Source: Ylistrum balloti (Eukaryota). From it: DNA of 64,000 nucleotides. A program made the position numbers and the translations under genes. The stretch is from contig NW_026782756.1 of the NCBI RefSeq assembly GCF_031769215.1, positions 372,001 to 436,000 of the forward strand, in the 5' to 3' direction. Each line of letters begins with the position of its first letter. The stretch's first letter is position 1. Shown one piece after another: positions 50,372-63,149 of this stretch. The notes beneath the pieces were generated by a model. The model saw nothing but the letters and a program-made list of their open reading frames with translations, did no database searches and had not been told where the DNA came from.

Positions 50372-53300
50372 TTATTGAGGGCATTTATACCGGACGTTAT
50401 GTGATATTTTGTAAAGTTTATGTTTATATACACAGACCTAAGGTTTTTTTCCCAAAATTTGAGCCTGAAGAAATCTTAGCATTCAATACTTTATAAACAC
50501 TCCAGGAATTTGATCTTGTGCAGTATAGATGTGTGGACTATATTTTCAGATCACAGGCCAAAAGCTAATTCAGGTAATGGGGTCACCTTGAAATTTTACA
50601 CAACTAATTAACCTTAATTTCCTTTCTCACCGAGTTATATTATAACTATGTATATATTGTCTAAGTTTTACAACACCTATCTGATAATGTAATACTTCTA
50701 ATAATTTTGACCTATGACCTATATTGAAAGGTTGTGGAAACTGGAGTTCAGTCTAAAGAAATAAAAATCACAAGTTTCCTCACTGTTTGAAGACTTCTAA
50801 CAATTAAATATTAAAATGGCATATAAACAGCAGTGCCATCAATTAAATTAATACAAGGAGATAAGACCTTGTAGATAGTAACCAAACATGTTAAAGTGAC
50901 TTTGTATTGTTTGTGCTGCAACACTATCACAACAAACCCCTGCAATGCAATGATGTGTGATTGATATGAATGACACGGCACACTTTTCACCAAGTATCCT
51001 CTGAAACGTCTAAAAATCTGTATACTATCATGGAAGAATTCTTTTGTACATGTGAAATATCAAGGTTATGGCTGTGATTATTATAGTGATATTTGGTTGT
51101 ATTTGTGTAATTTTAAAACTTCATTGGTATATATGTGTGTCAGTTGTGTGTATGGTACATTTGTACCATATGTGTGTTTTAAATGTGCTGTGAATGTTAC
51201 CCTATGACTAGAAGATTATAATAGTTGTACACATTTATTTTTTGTACAGAATATATGTTCTTGTATGTATAAATAAACTGTAAGAATATACTTTACAATT
51301 TTTTAGAATTTATTTTCAAATTCGGGACTGTTTTAAGAAAAAATGTTTCTTTTGACATGTTTGATTGTGATGATCTTTTCCATATCAGCTGTCCGTGATA
51401 GAAAGTCCTTCTTGATTAATTCTTACATGTTTTATACTAATTTTACAGTATTTGTTGGTGATAACATTTTGATGATATTAAAGATATTATTTTAAGTAAT
51501 GCCTGGAATGATACTATTACAGAAGAGTGACAAGTTATCATACTAGATTAACATTCATTACCTGGTAACTTATTGTGAATAAAACCATTAAAACAAAAGT
51601 TGTATCTAATATGAAATATTAGTTAATAAAATATTTATATTTGACAAAACCATATTTTAAAGTTGAGGTTACCATAACGAATGCTACATGTAAACATTAC
51701 CTAAATCAATGCTTAATGCATTTCGTAACTGAACATATTCTTTCGCCCATTAAGGCAAAAATATGAGAAATCTCTTGCAAAGGTTGGAAGTATCTACAAA
51801 AGTTATTTGGGGGTGAAAGGACAAAATTAATTCAGACAGTTATAAGTCATTATGTTTTCTCAGTTAAAGAACTTTATTTTGTTTGCAAAATTCTGCTTCA
51901 CAGCTATGATGATCATATCCAAACAGAAACCAAGGTATAGATATACTGTGCTGAGCCTTCAAGTACAACAACTCAACCAAGGTTGTCTTTTGTCTCTGAA
52001 TATCATCATGATTCAATTCTCAAAATCAATGACTTTACTCAGCTCCAAGCTATAATTTGTCTTCTCTACACTGTGGTTTGAAGTTACAGAGACATATATG
52101 TCATGTATCTACTTCAGTCTAGTGGAACCATCTCATAAGTTGAGGAATCTATAAATATGAGTGATTATTATGAATTAAGTGAAATGATGATAGTGAGACG
52201 TTTGTATGTATGTAATGTAGAATCTTGGATGCCTGATATTTGGTATGTGTACCACTACAAAATAATTGGAACTTTGTTAGTCTGTACACTTAGTGATGTG
52301 TGAAAAGTGAAATGTTAAGATTGTGATATCTTTGATATCAAAAAGCCATTGAATAACATAATTTCACACTTAGAAGATGTTTAAGTTTTAAAATCAAGTT
52401 TTTTCACTAACAAATAATTACTGATTCAAATAGATTTTACTCTAGATTCAGCTGATGACCATACCTTGATCATGTTTTTATACTAAACCAGTGGTGAAAT
52501 AGAAGACCGTAATAATATTTGTGTTTGATTTTGAAATATCTACTTTCAGTTAAATTCGATAAAATGAATGTTAATAAACAGATAACATGTTTCATTTATT
52601 TTCTGGTAAATTTGATAAAGGTAATAAAAAAGTCCGGGTTTAATGTTACTATTTTTTACGTATGCAGCACCTTCATTAGTTTTTTGAGTTTTTTGGTTAC
52701 ATGTGATTTAAAGTAACACAAGAATTGTGAAAATTACAGATCTTGCCTAAGACTTGAGTTTAAACATGAGAATAGTTTCAAGATTTCTTACCCGAGAGTA
52801 GATAGTTTTATATGTTGTCAATTAAATTATGTCTTCCACAGTGTGTGTAAAGATTAACTGTTTTCAGTGATAATTGATTGTGATTTATCAAAGTGTTACT
52901 TACCAATAATATTTGACAGATTCTAGAATCTCAGCCGTTTTGTTGTAAAATGTAATTTACACAATTTGGGGGGTTTATTGAGCTAACGAACTATTTCATT
53001 TTTCTGTTCTGTGTTGAAATAATGGGTTCATCCAAATTTCTGGTATAGTAATTAAACAGCTGATACCCATTTACACTGTGATTTAATACAGTTTAAAATC
53101 TATACAATAAAGAGTTCCTCTGGTACTGTGTATACCTGAGAATCTATTCAATATTTTCTTTGTTTTGTGTACAGATACAAAGATACCATATAAATATTGG
53201 ATATCCTTTCTATCATGTACATGTGTGAAATTTGTATTGCGTATGTACACATGTTATTCCATCTTTAAGAAGGGATCCCTCATATATTATGTATAGATAC

Positions 53301-53928
53301 TTTGTCTTTACCTATCGTAACAAAGGGCTTCCCAATGTATTGTGTATAGATACAAATGTGTCAAGCCATCCTAAGAAGGGGAACCCCTCGTATTGTGTGA
53401 ATTTGCTAATCCATCCAAACAAAGAAGGGATCCTTTCATGGTGTACATGTCCAATAAATAGGGGATTTCCCTTGTATCTGAAACCAACTAATTAACAGTG
53501 GATCCCCATTTAATTTTCTGCACATGAGTGAATCATTCAGCAAGTCAACCTCTGTGTGGTGTGCACATCCCTACGAGAAATGAAGGTTTCTCCATCACTT
53601 GTGTGTGAAAATGAATATTTTATTGTATGGTGGATCAAATGACAATAACATCAATATAAAGTATATGCTAAAAATTCTGACAATTAAAAAAATTTACCAA
53701 TAAATATTGATTTTTTTGTTTTTTATTAAGAAATTTTACTCCTACACTACTATACAAAACATGATATGTTACGGTAACACAGAAAACAGACAGGACAAAC
53801 ATAAAGAATTGACATTTTGATAGGACACAACAACCCTAAAGTAAGTTATGAATTTACAATGTACTCAGTTTTACACAAGGGACTAGTTTCGATAGAGTAA
53901 CCCCTTACTGAACTATATTTTTATGTAA

Positions 53929-54368
53929 TTTTTAGCTCACTTGGTTCGAAGTGAGTTATAGGGACACTGTTTACCATCATGTCAACTCTTCTACAAAACG
54001 CTACTAGTCATGTACAACTGAGGGGATTTTGACCAAATTTTGTCAGAAGCATCCTTTTCTTAGAGGAACTGGAAACCCCAGAGACTTAGTTTCCTTGTTA
54101 TGTTTTTAAAGCTGTTGAGATCCCCACTCCTAAACCATATGGTACACTTCAAGGGATATCATTTCATATTTTTGCCAACCGTATAAACTCATACTGGGAA
54201 TCAAAAGAGAATGATATAAGAATTTACCCATTAATCTTGCTTCATAAAAGAGGTTATGTGAATGGGCTTTAATTTGGAAATTTTTGAAATACCCAGCCTG
54301 AAGTCATGAATACCATCGCTGGGCTTTAAGTTCCAAGTGAGTGATACAGGCCCTATGAGCTTCTTGTT
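53929..54368 (+). mobile_element. Non-autonomous Helentron-like (HINE) element
   Basis: 5' TTTTTAGCTCACTTGG and 3' CCAAGTGAG...AGGCCCTATGAGCTTCTTGTT: sub-terminal inverted repeats, an imperfect 3' hairpin and T-rich ends. Confidence 0.7.
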
Positions 54369-55619
54369 ACATGCAGTTGGACGTTTATATCCTTATAAAC
54401 AAAGGATCAGGTGCTTGGACAGTAATATTGTTGACACCAGCATTCCTTGATCAGTCAAAATCCTCGATCATTTTTTAATTATTTTAATGTTTACTCTTAA
54501 ATATAATATTGTTGAAACTAAACTATAACAGGTGGAAACAAACCTGCCAAACAATGGGTGATCGTAGGGAATAAGTAAAGATCACCTAATACCATGCCAC
54601 TCTCCTTCTGTTGCACAGAAAAGATAAAATTGCGTACTGCTATGGAAAACCAAATCGTAGCATTTAAAATATAGATTAATTTGTCTCCAATTTTCACAAT
54701 TTTTTTCTTTAATATCAAAATATTGCATAACCCCATTTTTTCACCCTCCATTTTTCTGCATGCATACTCAAAAGTGATTTCCATAAATGTAAAACCAGTT
54801 GTTTGAAATATCCAAAACTATTCATGCATTCAGAAACAATTCAGTGTATGCAAGATTTCAATTATTTATTTAGTTTAACTAATTTTCAGAACATACAAAC
54901 CAATAATGATACACATTACAGGTAATTAAAAGCTTTCAACTTTGAACATTCTTAAAAATTTCATGCTCAACCTTTCTCGAACTTTTTTTTCATTAATTCA
55001 TTGGCTGGCACCAGCTTTTGCAGCCTTTCAGCACAGACTTAGATACTTAGATTTCAGCAGATGAACCGCCTGGGTATTTTTGCCAGTACCATAAAAAGAA
55101 TTTCCCTTAACCTTACAGAATTCGTTTATGTACTATAGTTCTTTTTACTATGGCTATCGGTCCAACTTCATGTTATCAAAAGGTGGTCTTCAAAATGTTC
55201 ACAAGTGACATAAAATACATGAAATAACCACTGAGTATATCGATATACAAAGCAGTATTGTTTTACGGAAAATCGAAGCATTTTTATGGCAACATAGTTG
55301 CTGGAGAGTGCTAGATTGGGGGGAGGTATGAAGTGTAGGAAAATGAAGAAAAAAAAATGAAGTAGAAAGATTTTGCGAGTGAGCATCGAACCCATGCCTG
55401 CCACTTCGCTTTTTCGCCATGTAAAACGGTTCTTTTTATTTCATATTTGCTATATTATAGCTTTTAAGTAAGTGAAATATTATTTACAATGCAAAACCCA
55501 ATTCCCCTCCTTTTTGTTAACATTTTAAAATCTCTTACATAATCCCATTACGTCTAGCCAGAGACACATATAACACATACCCCACCTACGCCCTCCACCT
55601 ACACTCTCTCGAAGCTCTG

Positions 55620-55789
55620 GCAGTCACAGGCCGACAACGCAGAAGGCCTAACCACTAGTTAGCGTTCTGCAACAAACGTCAGCGGATGTTACAATCTGAA
55701 AGCTCCGCACTTAAAATCGGTCGTGGCTGGACTTCGCCGACATTATTTGAAATTTTAGGGTGACCAACGAGACAACGGCACAAACATTG
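55620..55789 (+). other. Probable non-coding first exon of the right-hand gene
   Basis: CpG-enriched stretch after a CT-rich tract, ending in the strong donor TTG|gtaagt at 55789/55790. Linkage to the exon at 61656 is inferred. Confidence 0.5.
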
Positions 55790-56744
55790 GTAAGTATAAC
55801 ATTCGATGGTTATTTTGAACACATACCTCAGTATTTCTTGTCAGCGAGACTAGAATTTCACTAAATTTGTGTATCTTTTTTTAGCACTATGCCAAGTTGT
55901 AACAAAAAATTGTCAACACAAAAATTGTTTTGTTTATCAGAAATAATCATCGTCTAAAATGTAAGCGAGATTTAAAACGCATCAGTGTGTGTGTGTGCAC
56001 AAAACCTTGCTAAAGCCACACTTCCAAGAACACTAATGAGTCGAAAGTGAAAGTAGATAGAAACTGAGTTCTTGGAATTCCAAATCGCCGAGATAACTTC
56101 TAATCTTTGTAAACCGCTAGTTCAGTTGAGTTACTAATATATGACCGATGACGATGTGTCAGTATTGTGAATACTTTTAATATCACTGAAATTCCAAGCA
56201 AACGCTGGAAATGAAAGATAATTGCGTCAATCTGGACGATTTTTTTAACGATATCAATAAAGACGGCACACAGACGTTCGTGAGACAACGCCATGCAAGA
56301 GAGTCAGCCAGCCAGTACTGGTTGACTTTTCACCTTACTATAACGCAATGTGCAGTGATTAGGCCTAGCAGACCATAACGTAGTAACAAAGACGTGCAGC
56401 CAAAAGCATATCAACTTTCCATTGAGGCCATGATTATAATGATAAGTATATAAAAACGTGTGTTCATGCGTGGATTCTTTAAAAGAGAATTAACGCATGT
56501 TTTTGAACATCTATATAATTTTTCCTTTACAACAAAATGGTACTTTAGGTCATATATATTTGTATTTATCAATAGTTCGGGTCAGTTTACCTAAAAGAAT
56601 CACCCAGTTTCTTTGTGAGATCACGTTGTTTGTTATAAGTACATGTGTATTTCGTAAAGTAATATCTAGCGTAAATGAGATACTGTGTATTTGAAATGCA
56701 GAAAACCTATACTTGTGTATAAAGACACAGAGCTCTCCAAGATA

Positions 56745-57150
56745 TTCCAGTCGTCATGCGCCGTTCATAAACTTTCCAATCAAACGCCTTCTTCTTAATA
56801 ACCAAAATGACCAAGGGTACTGATATTAGGCCTGTAGCATGCTCGTATGACTGACTATCAAACTTATTCAAATTAATGACAGTGATCTATTTTCAAGGTG
56901 ACACGGGGCAAATGTGTTAACATCTTCAAACGACCCCTCAATACACAGAAGTCCCAGAATATTGATTCTGAAACAGTTGGATAAAGAGGTATTCAAGTAT
57001 ACTCAATGATGGACTCTGGCACACTTTCAAAGTCACAGGGGTCAAATGTGTCGAGAACATAAACTTTCTATTTTCAACAAGAAGTAAGTCATGGGTCATG
57101 ATATTTGTGTAGTAGCATGGTGGAGGACTGAGATTTCAAGTTTGCGAATA
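56745..57150 (+). mobile_element. HINE internal-repeat fragment
   Basis: Similar to 62040-62240 (cttcttc..aataacc...gcctgtagcatgct...ttcaagg.cac). Confidence 0.5.
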
Positions 57151-57224
57151 TGGCTTTTTGAACCGACAAAGCTAAAACATTAAGATTCTGATCAGTAACC
57201 ATTCAATAGCTGTCACTACTACTG

Positions 57225-58310
57225 CTAGTACAGTGTACTACAGAGTAGTACAGTATACTACAGAGTACTACTACTGCTAGTACAGAGTACTACAGAGTAC
57301 TACTACTGCTAGTACAGAGTACTACTTCTGCTAGTACAGAGTACTACTACTGCTAGTACAGAGTACTACTTCTGCTAGTACAGAGTACTACTACTGCTAG
57401 TACAGAGTACTACTACTGCTAGTACAGTGTACTACAGAGTACTACTACTGCTAGTACAGTATACTACAGAGTACTACTACTGCTAGTACAGTATACTACA
57501 GAGTACTACTACTGCTAGTACAGAGTACTACTACTGCTAGTACAGTGTACTACAGAGTACTACTACTGCTAGTACAGTGTACTACTACTGCTAGTACTGT
57601 GTACTACAGAGTACTACTACTGCTAGTACAGTGTACTACAGAGTACTACTACTGCTAGTACAGTGTACTACAGAGTACTACTACTGCTAGTACAGTGTAC
57701 TACAGAGTACTACTACTGCTAGTACAGTATACTACAGAGTACTACTACTGCTAGTACAGAGTACTACTACTGCTAGTACAGTGTACTACAGAGTACTACT
57801 ACTGCTAGTACAGTGTACTACTACTGCTAGTACTGTGTACTACAGAGTACTACTACTGCTAGTACAGTGTACTACAGAGTACTACTACTGCTAGTACAGA
57901 GTACTACAGAGTACTACTACTGCTAGTACAGAGTACTACTACTACTACTGCTAGTACAGAGTACTACTACTGCTAGTACAGTATACTACAGTACTACTAC
58001 TGCTAGTACAGTACAGTGTACTACTACTGCTACTACTAGTAGTACTACAGTACTACTACTGCTAGTACAGAGTACTACTACTGCTAGTACAGTGTACTAC
58101 AGAGTACTATTACTGCTAGTACAGTGTACTACTACTGCTAGTACAGTGTACTACTACTGCTAGTACAGTGTACTACAGAGTACTATTACTGCTAGTACAG
58201 TGTACTACTACTGCTAGTACAGTGTACTACAGAGTACTACTACTGCTAGTACAGTGTACTACAGAGTACTACTACTGCTAGTACAGTGTACTACTACTGC
58301 TAGTACTGTG
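57225..58310. repeat. About 1.1-kb low-complexity satellite built from ctactgctagtacag, (t/a)gtacta and cagagtacta modules
   Basis: Directly visible; dense in AGTACT, GTAC and CTAG palindromes. Confidence 0.97.
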
Positions 58311-58497
58311 TGCCATTTATAGGTCTTTACAGGTCAGTTAGATGGTCGTTAGGACTATAATTATCTGTTTTTTAGATACCGTGATGTACAAAATGTACAG
58401 TGAGAATATGGCGTTTGGGGAACCATAAACATGTACCAGTATCGTAAGTGTTGATTTTTGTTTGCTGTTTTTGTTTTGTTTTGTTTGTTTGTTGTTG

Positions 58498-58503
58498 TTT
58501 TTT

Positions 58504-58544
<41 letters not shown>

Positions 58545-58561
58545 CTGGGGGGGGGGGGGGG
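58498..58561. repeat. Poly-T abutting poly-G tract (about 31 G, CT, about 15 G)
   Basis: Directly visible. Confidence 0.9.
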
Positions 58562-59159
58562 AGAGGGAGGCGGGTTGTTGGAGTGGAGGGAAGGGTAGGG
58601 GGTATAAAAAGTCACAAAATGTACTCATTACATTTTAAAATCCAGTTTAGATATCAAGAAAAATCCCAGGAAGAACATCATCTGAATTATTAAAAACCCA
58701 GAAAACAACATTTAGATCACATTCAACCTTGATTGGCATCTCCGATGGGTTGATATTTGACTTCCGTACCTGATTGAGATCCTAGTTTAATATAATGCAA
58801 TATTGTCAAATCACTATAACCTAGATCTGCTGACGTTCACATGCTAAATATAGTTTTTCATTAAGTACCATTTACTTTCAACACTGTCGGTTATGCATTT
58901 ATAATGTGTTTAACGGTGTTCTTATGCAAAGTATAAATGTACAGTCTATGAAGCAAATAAAAATATATTAATACATTTCAAAAATGCGATAAAGCTAATT
59001 TTCAATATTGCTTTTACACAAAAGTAACCTTCTAGACTAAAAGGTGTTTCTAAGAATAGCAATGTACTGAAAGTGAAAGTAGATAAACTAAAAGTTTACA
59101 TGGTCCGAATGGACGGAACCCAGGAGGGGAAAATTAGCAAATGCTTAAAAATCTCAATT

Positions 59160-59600
59160 CTTATGTAGGAATGCAAGGATTCTGTCCCAATTTGGTCTGA
59201 ATGCTTGGTTGAAGGGGGCTATTATTGTATAAGTGGAAGGTTTCTGTCCCAGGGATAGGAGAGGCAACGCCGGGCAAAATTGGGTGAATAGAGCTATTTT
59301 TAAAAAATTCTTCTCGTGGATGAATGGCAGGAGCGTGTCCAATTTTTTTCTCAGATTTCAAATTTTATTGGTACTCTCAGACATAAAAAGTATGTTACAA
59401 GAGGTCAGATTTAAAAAAAAAAAAAAAAACATTCTGAAGCATCATTTTGTAAACGATAAGCAGATTTTACGGAACCATGGGTGTCGGCCTCTTTTGGCGG
59501 GGGCGTGACCCAATCGGTGTCCTTTGTTTGGGAATGCTAAGATTATGTCCCAATTTCGTCTAGGCGTCCTTGAGGAATGGGAAATCAATTTTGCATAAAT
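59160..59600 (+). mobile_element. Degenerate HINE-family repeat units
   Basis: ggattctgtcccaatttggtctgaatgcttggttgaagggg and gattatgtcccaatttcgtctagg match the family at 26880 and 63280. Confidence 0.5.
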
Positions 59601-61775
59601 GATGGACATTCCCCATTATTATAATACATATTACAGTTTGGTCTACATTCCTTACTATCTAGTAGTAGAACAAACTAGCCCGGCAAAATCCGTCAGATGA
59701 AGGTTAGATAACATGAAACTTTATCTCAGTAGTCAGTAGACTTTTTCAATATCGGTAAGTTAATTAAAATAACTCGATACCAATTAAGTTTTAAGTCTTA
59801 TTGACAAGTATCGGACATCAAACGTACACCGACGATTCACTCAGAAGTTACACGAGTGTTTTCCACACACATATTATACCGTTCGTCACAACTGTAATTC
59901 TAAGAATAGAAAATGAAAGTAGACAACAATAGCGTAAGGAAAAGAGCTTTCTGAAAGCGTGACAGGTTCTTCCAGTAGCTTATTAAACATAAGTCACACA
60001 TATGTTAATTAAGGAAGCTTAACCTACTGAGAAATAACTACAGAATATGCAAGGTAAATACGTTAAATTAAGTAAGTGAAAGAAGGTTAAACTGGGTCAA
60101 ATAATGAAAGTAAACACAGTACAGTAAAGAACAGTAAATTACGTATAAATTCGGCAAGTTGAAGGGTTCATTGTAAAGTTAGGCTCCGATAAAAACGTTA
60201 ATGTACACCAGTAAAAACGTTTTTGATATCTATTAAATTTAATGCGTTAAAGTCTCTTGTTTATCTTTTCCTTCCCTTGTGATATATGTATATATTTTTT
60301 AACAAGTACATTAATATTTTCCTTGTATATGTCAAATGCATTTTTCTATGATTTGAGGATAGATGCTGGTATGCCGTAATATTCCACGAAGTAAATTTGA
60401 ACATCATATCAATTTTTAAGTGGATTTTCATCCATACATTCAGTCTTTAATGAAGAATATATGTTTATCTACCCATTTTTGATACGATAAAAACTGTTTA
60501 TCTTGATATCGTTTTTTAACCAAAACGGTTGTGATGATATTTCTGACGTGATTGAGCACGCTCTACAGAAGCCCATAATTACATCAGAAAGGACTGACCA
60601 TTTCTTCATAGGGTTTACTTTGTTCCATTGTCATATCTTTAATATTCACAATCACTTAATTTTCATCCACTACTAAATCAGGTATATCTGTATAATGTCG
60701 ATTTTCTTGGTTACAGAAACATCTTGTGCTCTTTTCCATTTTCCACTTTGCCTTTTACTTTAAAATCAACCCTTTGATATTTCTTCCCTTGTTGAATTAC
60801 GTACGCGCAACTACATTAAAAGTACGTTAAACTACTGGTACAGGATGATGATACGCTAAAGTATGTGAACGTACGTTACTGGGCGTCATTTTCGTTCAGG
60901 TACGTTCAATTATTTTTTTTGCTTGTCGTAGTTATCATTCGAACGTGTTCAAAATAAATCACCACTCAGGGCTTCAAGTTTTTCACAGATTATTCCCAAG
61001 TAAAACTACGACAGGCTACGGTAGTATGTTCATTAAAGTAAGTACGTTTGTTCTATGTATGTTTAGCTACGTTATTTAACACCAACACCTAACTGTGTTG
61101 ATGATTTACATAGATGTATATAAAAAGGTCAATTTTCTCACACTAATTATCAATTATACTTAATTGTTAAGCACGGATTAATGCTTATAGTCCGACAACT
61201 TCACCATTGTTTCCTATGAATTGTAGGTTATTTCGTGCCCCAAACAGTACTAACATGTGGTTAACATAGACTGTTCATCGGTGTAGAGGTTATTAGTGTA
61301 CTCTTCCTTTCAGGCAGGGATTAAAGAATACCGAGGCAATACAAAAATACATGTTAAATTCTAACCCTCAGATGGGATGTAAGTTGTTACTCTGAGAAGA
61401 ATGCTGAGAACGGATCAATTATCGATATCGATGCTGTAATTCACCGTTGATATTTCAAATTCCTGTTGATCTTGTTTCATTCATCGAATTTGCTTTAGAT
61501 TAACTGCACAGCTATTCTAAGTTATATAAGTATATATTCGTAATATGTCTAATCAAGAAAAGAAGACCACGTGATTTAAATTATATTTGGACACGGATAT
61601 TTACCTACATATAAGTCCGTGATTGTACCTGGTAACCTATTTTTTATTATTTCAGTTTATCAGTCAGCTAGGAGTCGCTGCATCTGAATTTTAACAGCTG
61701 AATATATTTGCAAACTGCTGAGCTAGGGTTGTTCTGTATCGAGACCAGTCTCTTTACAGCAACATAACTCGCACA

Positions 61776-62841
61776 AGTAAGTATACAAGTCACGTCATCT
61801 GATCTTCAGAATGTTGAATCGCCCTATATGGACTTTGGGAGGGCCCAAAAAGGGAAGGTAGACAAGATTTTGCTTCAAAATGCTACTCTTTCTCATTGCT
61901 TGAATGGATTTCAACCAAATTTAGAATTAACCATCACTAGGAGTGGGGAATCCTTACTAAAATTCAGAAAGTTGATTCGACCCCTAGTGAATAGAAATTA
62001 CCTTGATCTGCTTGAATGGTCACAAAGATCAAACCTGTTGAAATCTTTAAATGACTTCTTCTAAATAACCAACAGGCCAAAGATGATGATATCACGCCTG
62101 TAGCATGCTAGGATGAAAGACTACCAACTTTGTTAATATGAATGACATTGACCGACTTTCAAGGTCACAGGTGTTAACATGTTTCCATGACTTCTTCTCA
62201 ATAGCTAAAAGGTCAAGGGGTCTTGATATTGGGCTTGTGTCTTGCTTTTTCAACAAGCAATACGTCCACAGTTATGTAATGCATGTATAAAGAATATGAC
62301 TTTAAGTTTACAAAAAATGTCTTGATGAACAAACAATGTCTTCCATGTAAGCTGTAGAGCAATTGGACAATTTATTTAAGGTCTATTTTGCTTCTTTTAT
62401 ACATAGGTCTTTATAGTCAGATGACCGTTAAGGCCTAAGGGCCTCTTGTTTTTATTAGATATGACTAACAGGAAAACCGTGGTTTATGCCAGTATTTCTG
62501 TAATGGTTGTTTATTGAAGTGTCGAACAATGTTTAAAAAATATTTGTAATGAATGTCTACTTCATCCAATTAAATTATTAATTGATATCAAATATATATT
62601 ATACTTATTAAATGTACAATACATGCTCAACATCGAAAGCATTCTTTTAGTGGATTCTCGAAGACGTCAGCCTCTACAAGTACAGCAGCTGTCCGTGCAG
62701 CACCCCTTGGGGTACGGGCCGGTGGGAGGTGTGACAAATGTTGTTGGAGGTATCCCTGGAGTTACCACCATTGTAATTGGAGACTCCCAGATAAATATAG
62801 GATCATCGGGTTCCGCCACAGTGTCAGACACCACAGACAAG
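61776..62841 (+). CDS. 5' coding part of an unidentified gene with a split ATG (A at 61776, TG at 62651) and a RHIM-like motif; continues beyond the window
   Basis: Exon 61656-61776 (ttcag| ... cacaa|gtaagt) has no ATG. Exon 62651-62841 (ttttag| ... aag|gtgagt) is GC-enriched and open. Splicing creates ACA-ATG-G and the peptide MDSRRRQPLQVQQLSVQHPLGYGPVGGVTNVVGGIPGVTTIVIGDSQINIGSSGSATVSDTTDK. Confidence 0.65.
61790..62453 (+). mobile_element. HINE-like element in the intron that splits the start codon
   Basis: GTCATCTGA (61794) and TCAGATGAC (62417) are inverted; the 3' end has the hairpin GGCCTAAGGGCC followed by TCTTGTTTTT. Confidence 0.6.
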
Positions 62842-63149
62842 GTGAGTGATGTCAATTATCTATTTAAGTTATATTTAATTCTGTTCAAACCGTGGTGGGT
62901 CTTTCGTCAGTCATTCGTTTTCATCAGTCCGCCGGTATAATGGACGTTATCATTGCTGAAGGGATTAAAAGTTTGAGCAGGAAGGAACTTGATTACCTTT
63001 ACTTATTACCACAATTGTAACAAAAACACTTGAATGTCATCTTAGAGGTGTGTGACCCTTTTCAGCATTACGTTGTACAAATATGTGAAGCGTATATCTT
63101 AGGACTAAGGTAAGGTGAACGACTGAGCAGATTGTGCCCCAGTATGTTC

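Noticed and set aside
55375-55420. tRNA B-box-like GGGTTCGATGC on the minus strand
   Set aside because: No cloverleaf or A-box can be built; at best a decayed SINE fragment.
58338-58693. Poly-Pro and poly-Gly ORFs
   Set aside because: They are translations of the poly-G/poly-T tract.
60350-60780. Possible decayed L1/Tx1 retrotransposon coding remnant on the minus strand
   Set aside because: Only a vague resemblance (SQPFWLKNDIKIN) with no RT motif; it cannot be supported without a profile search.
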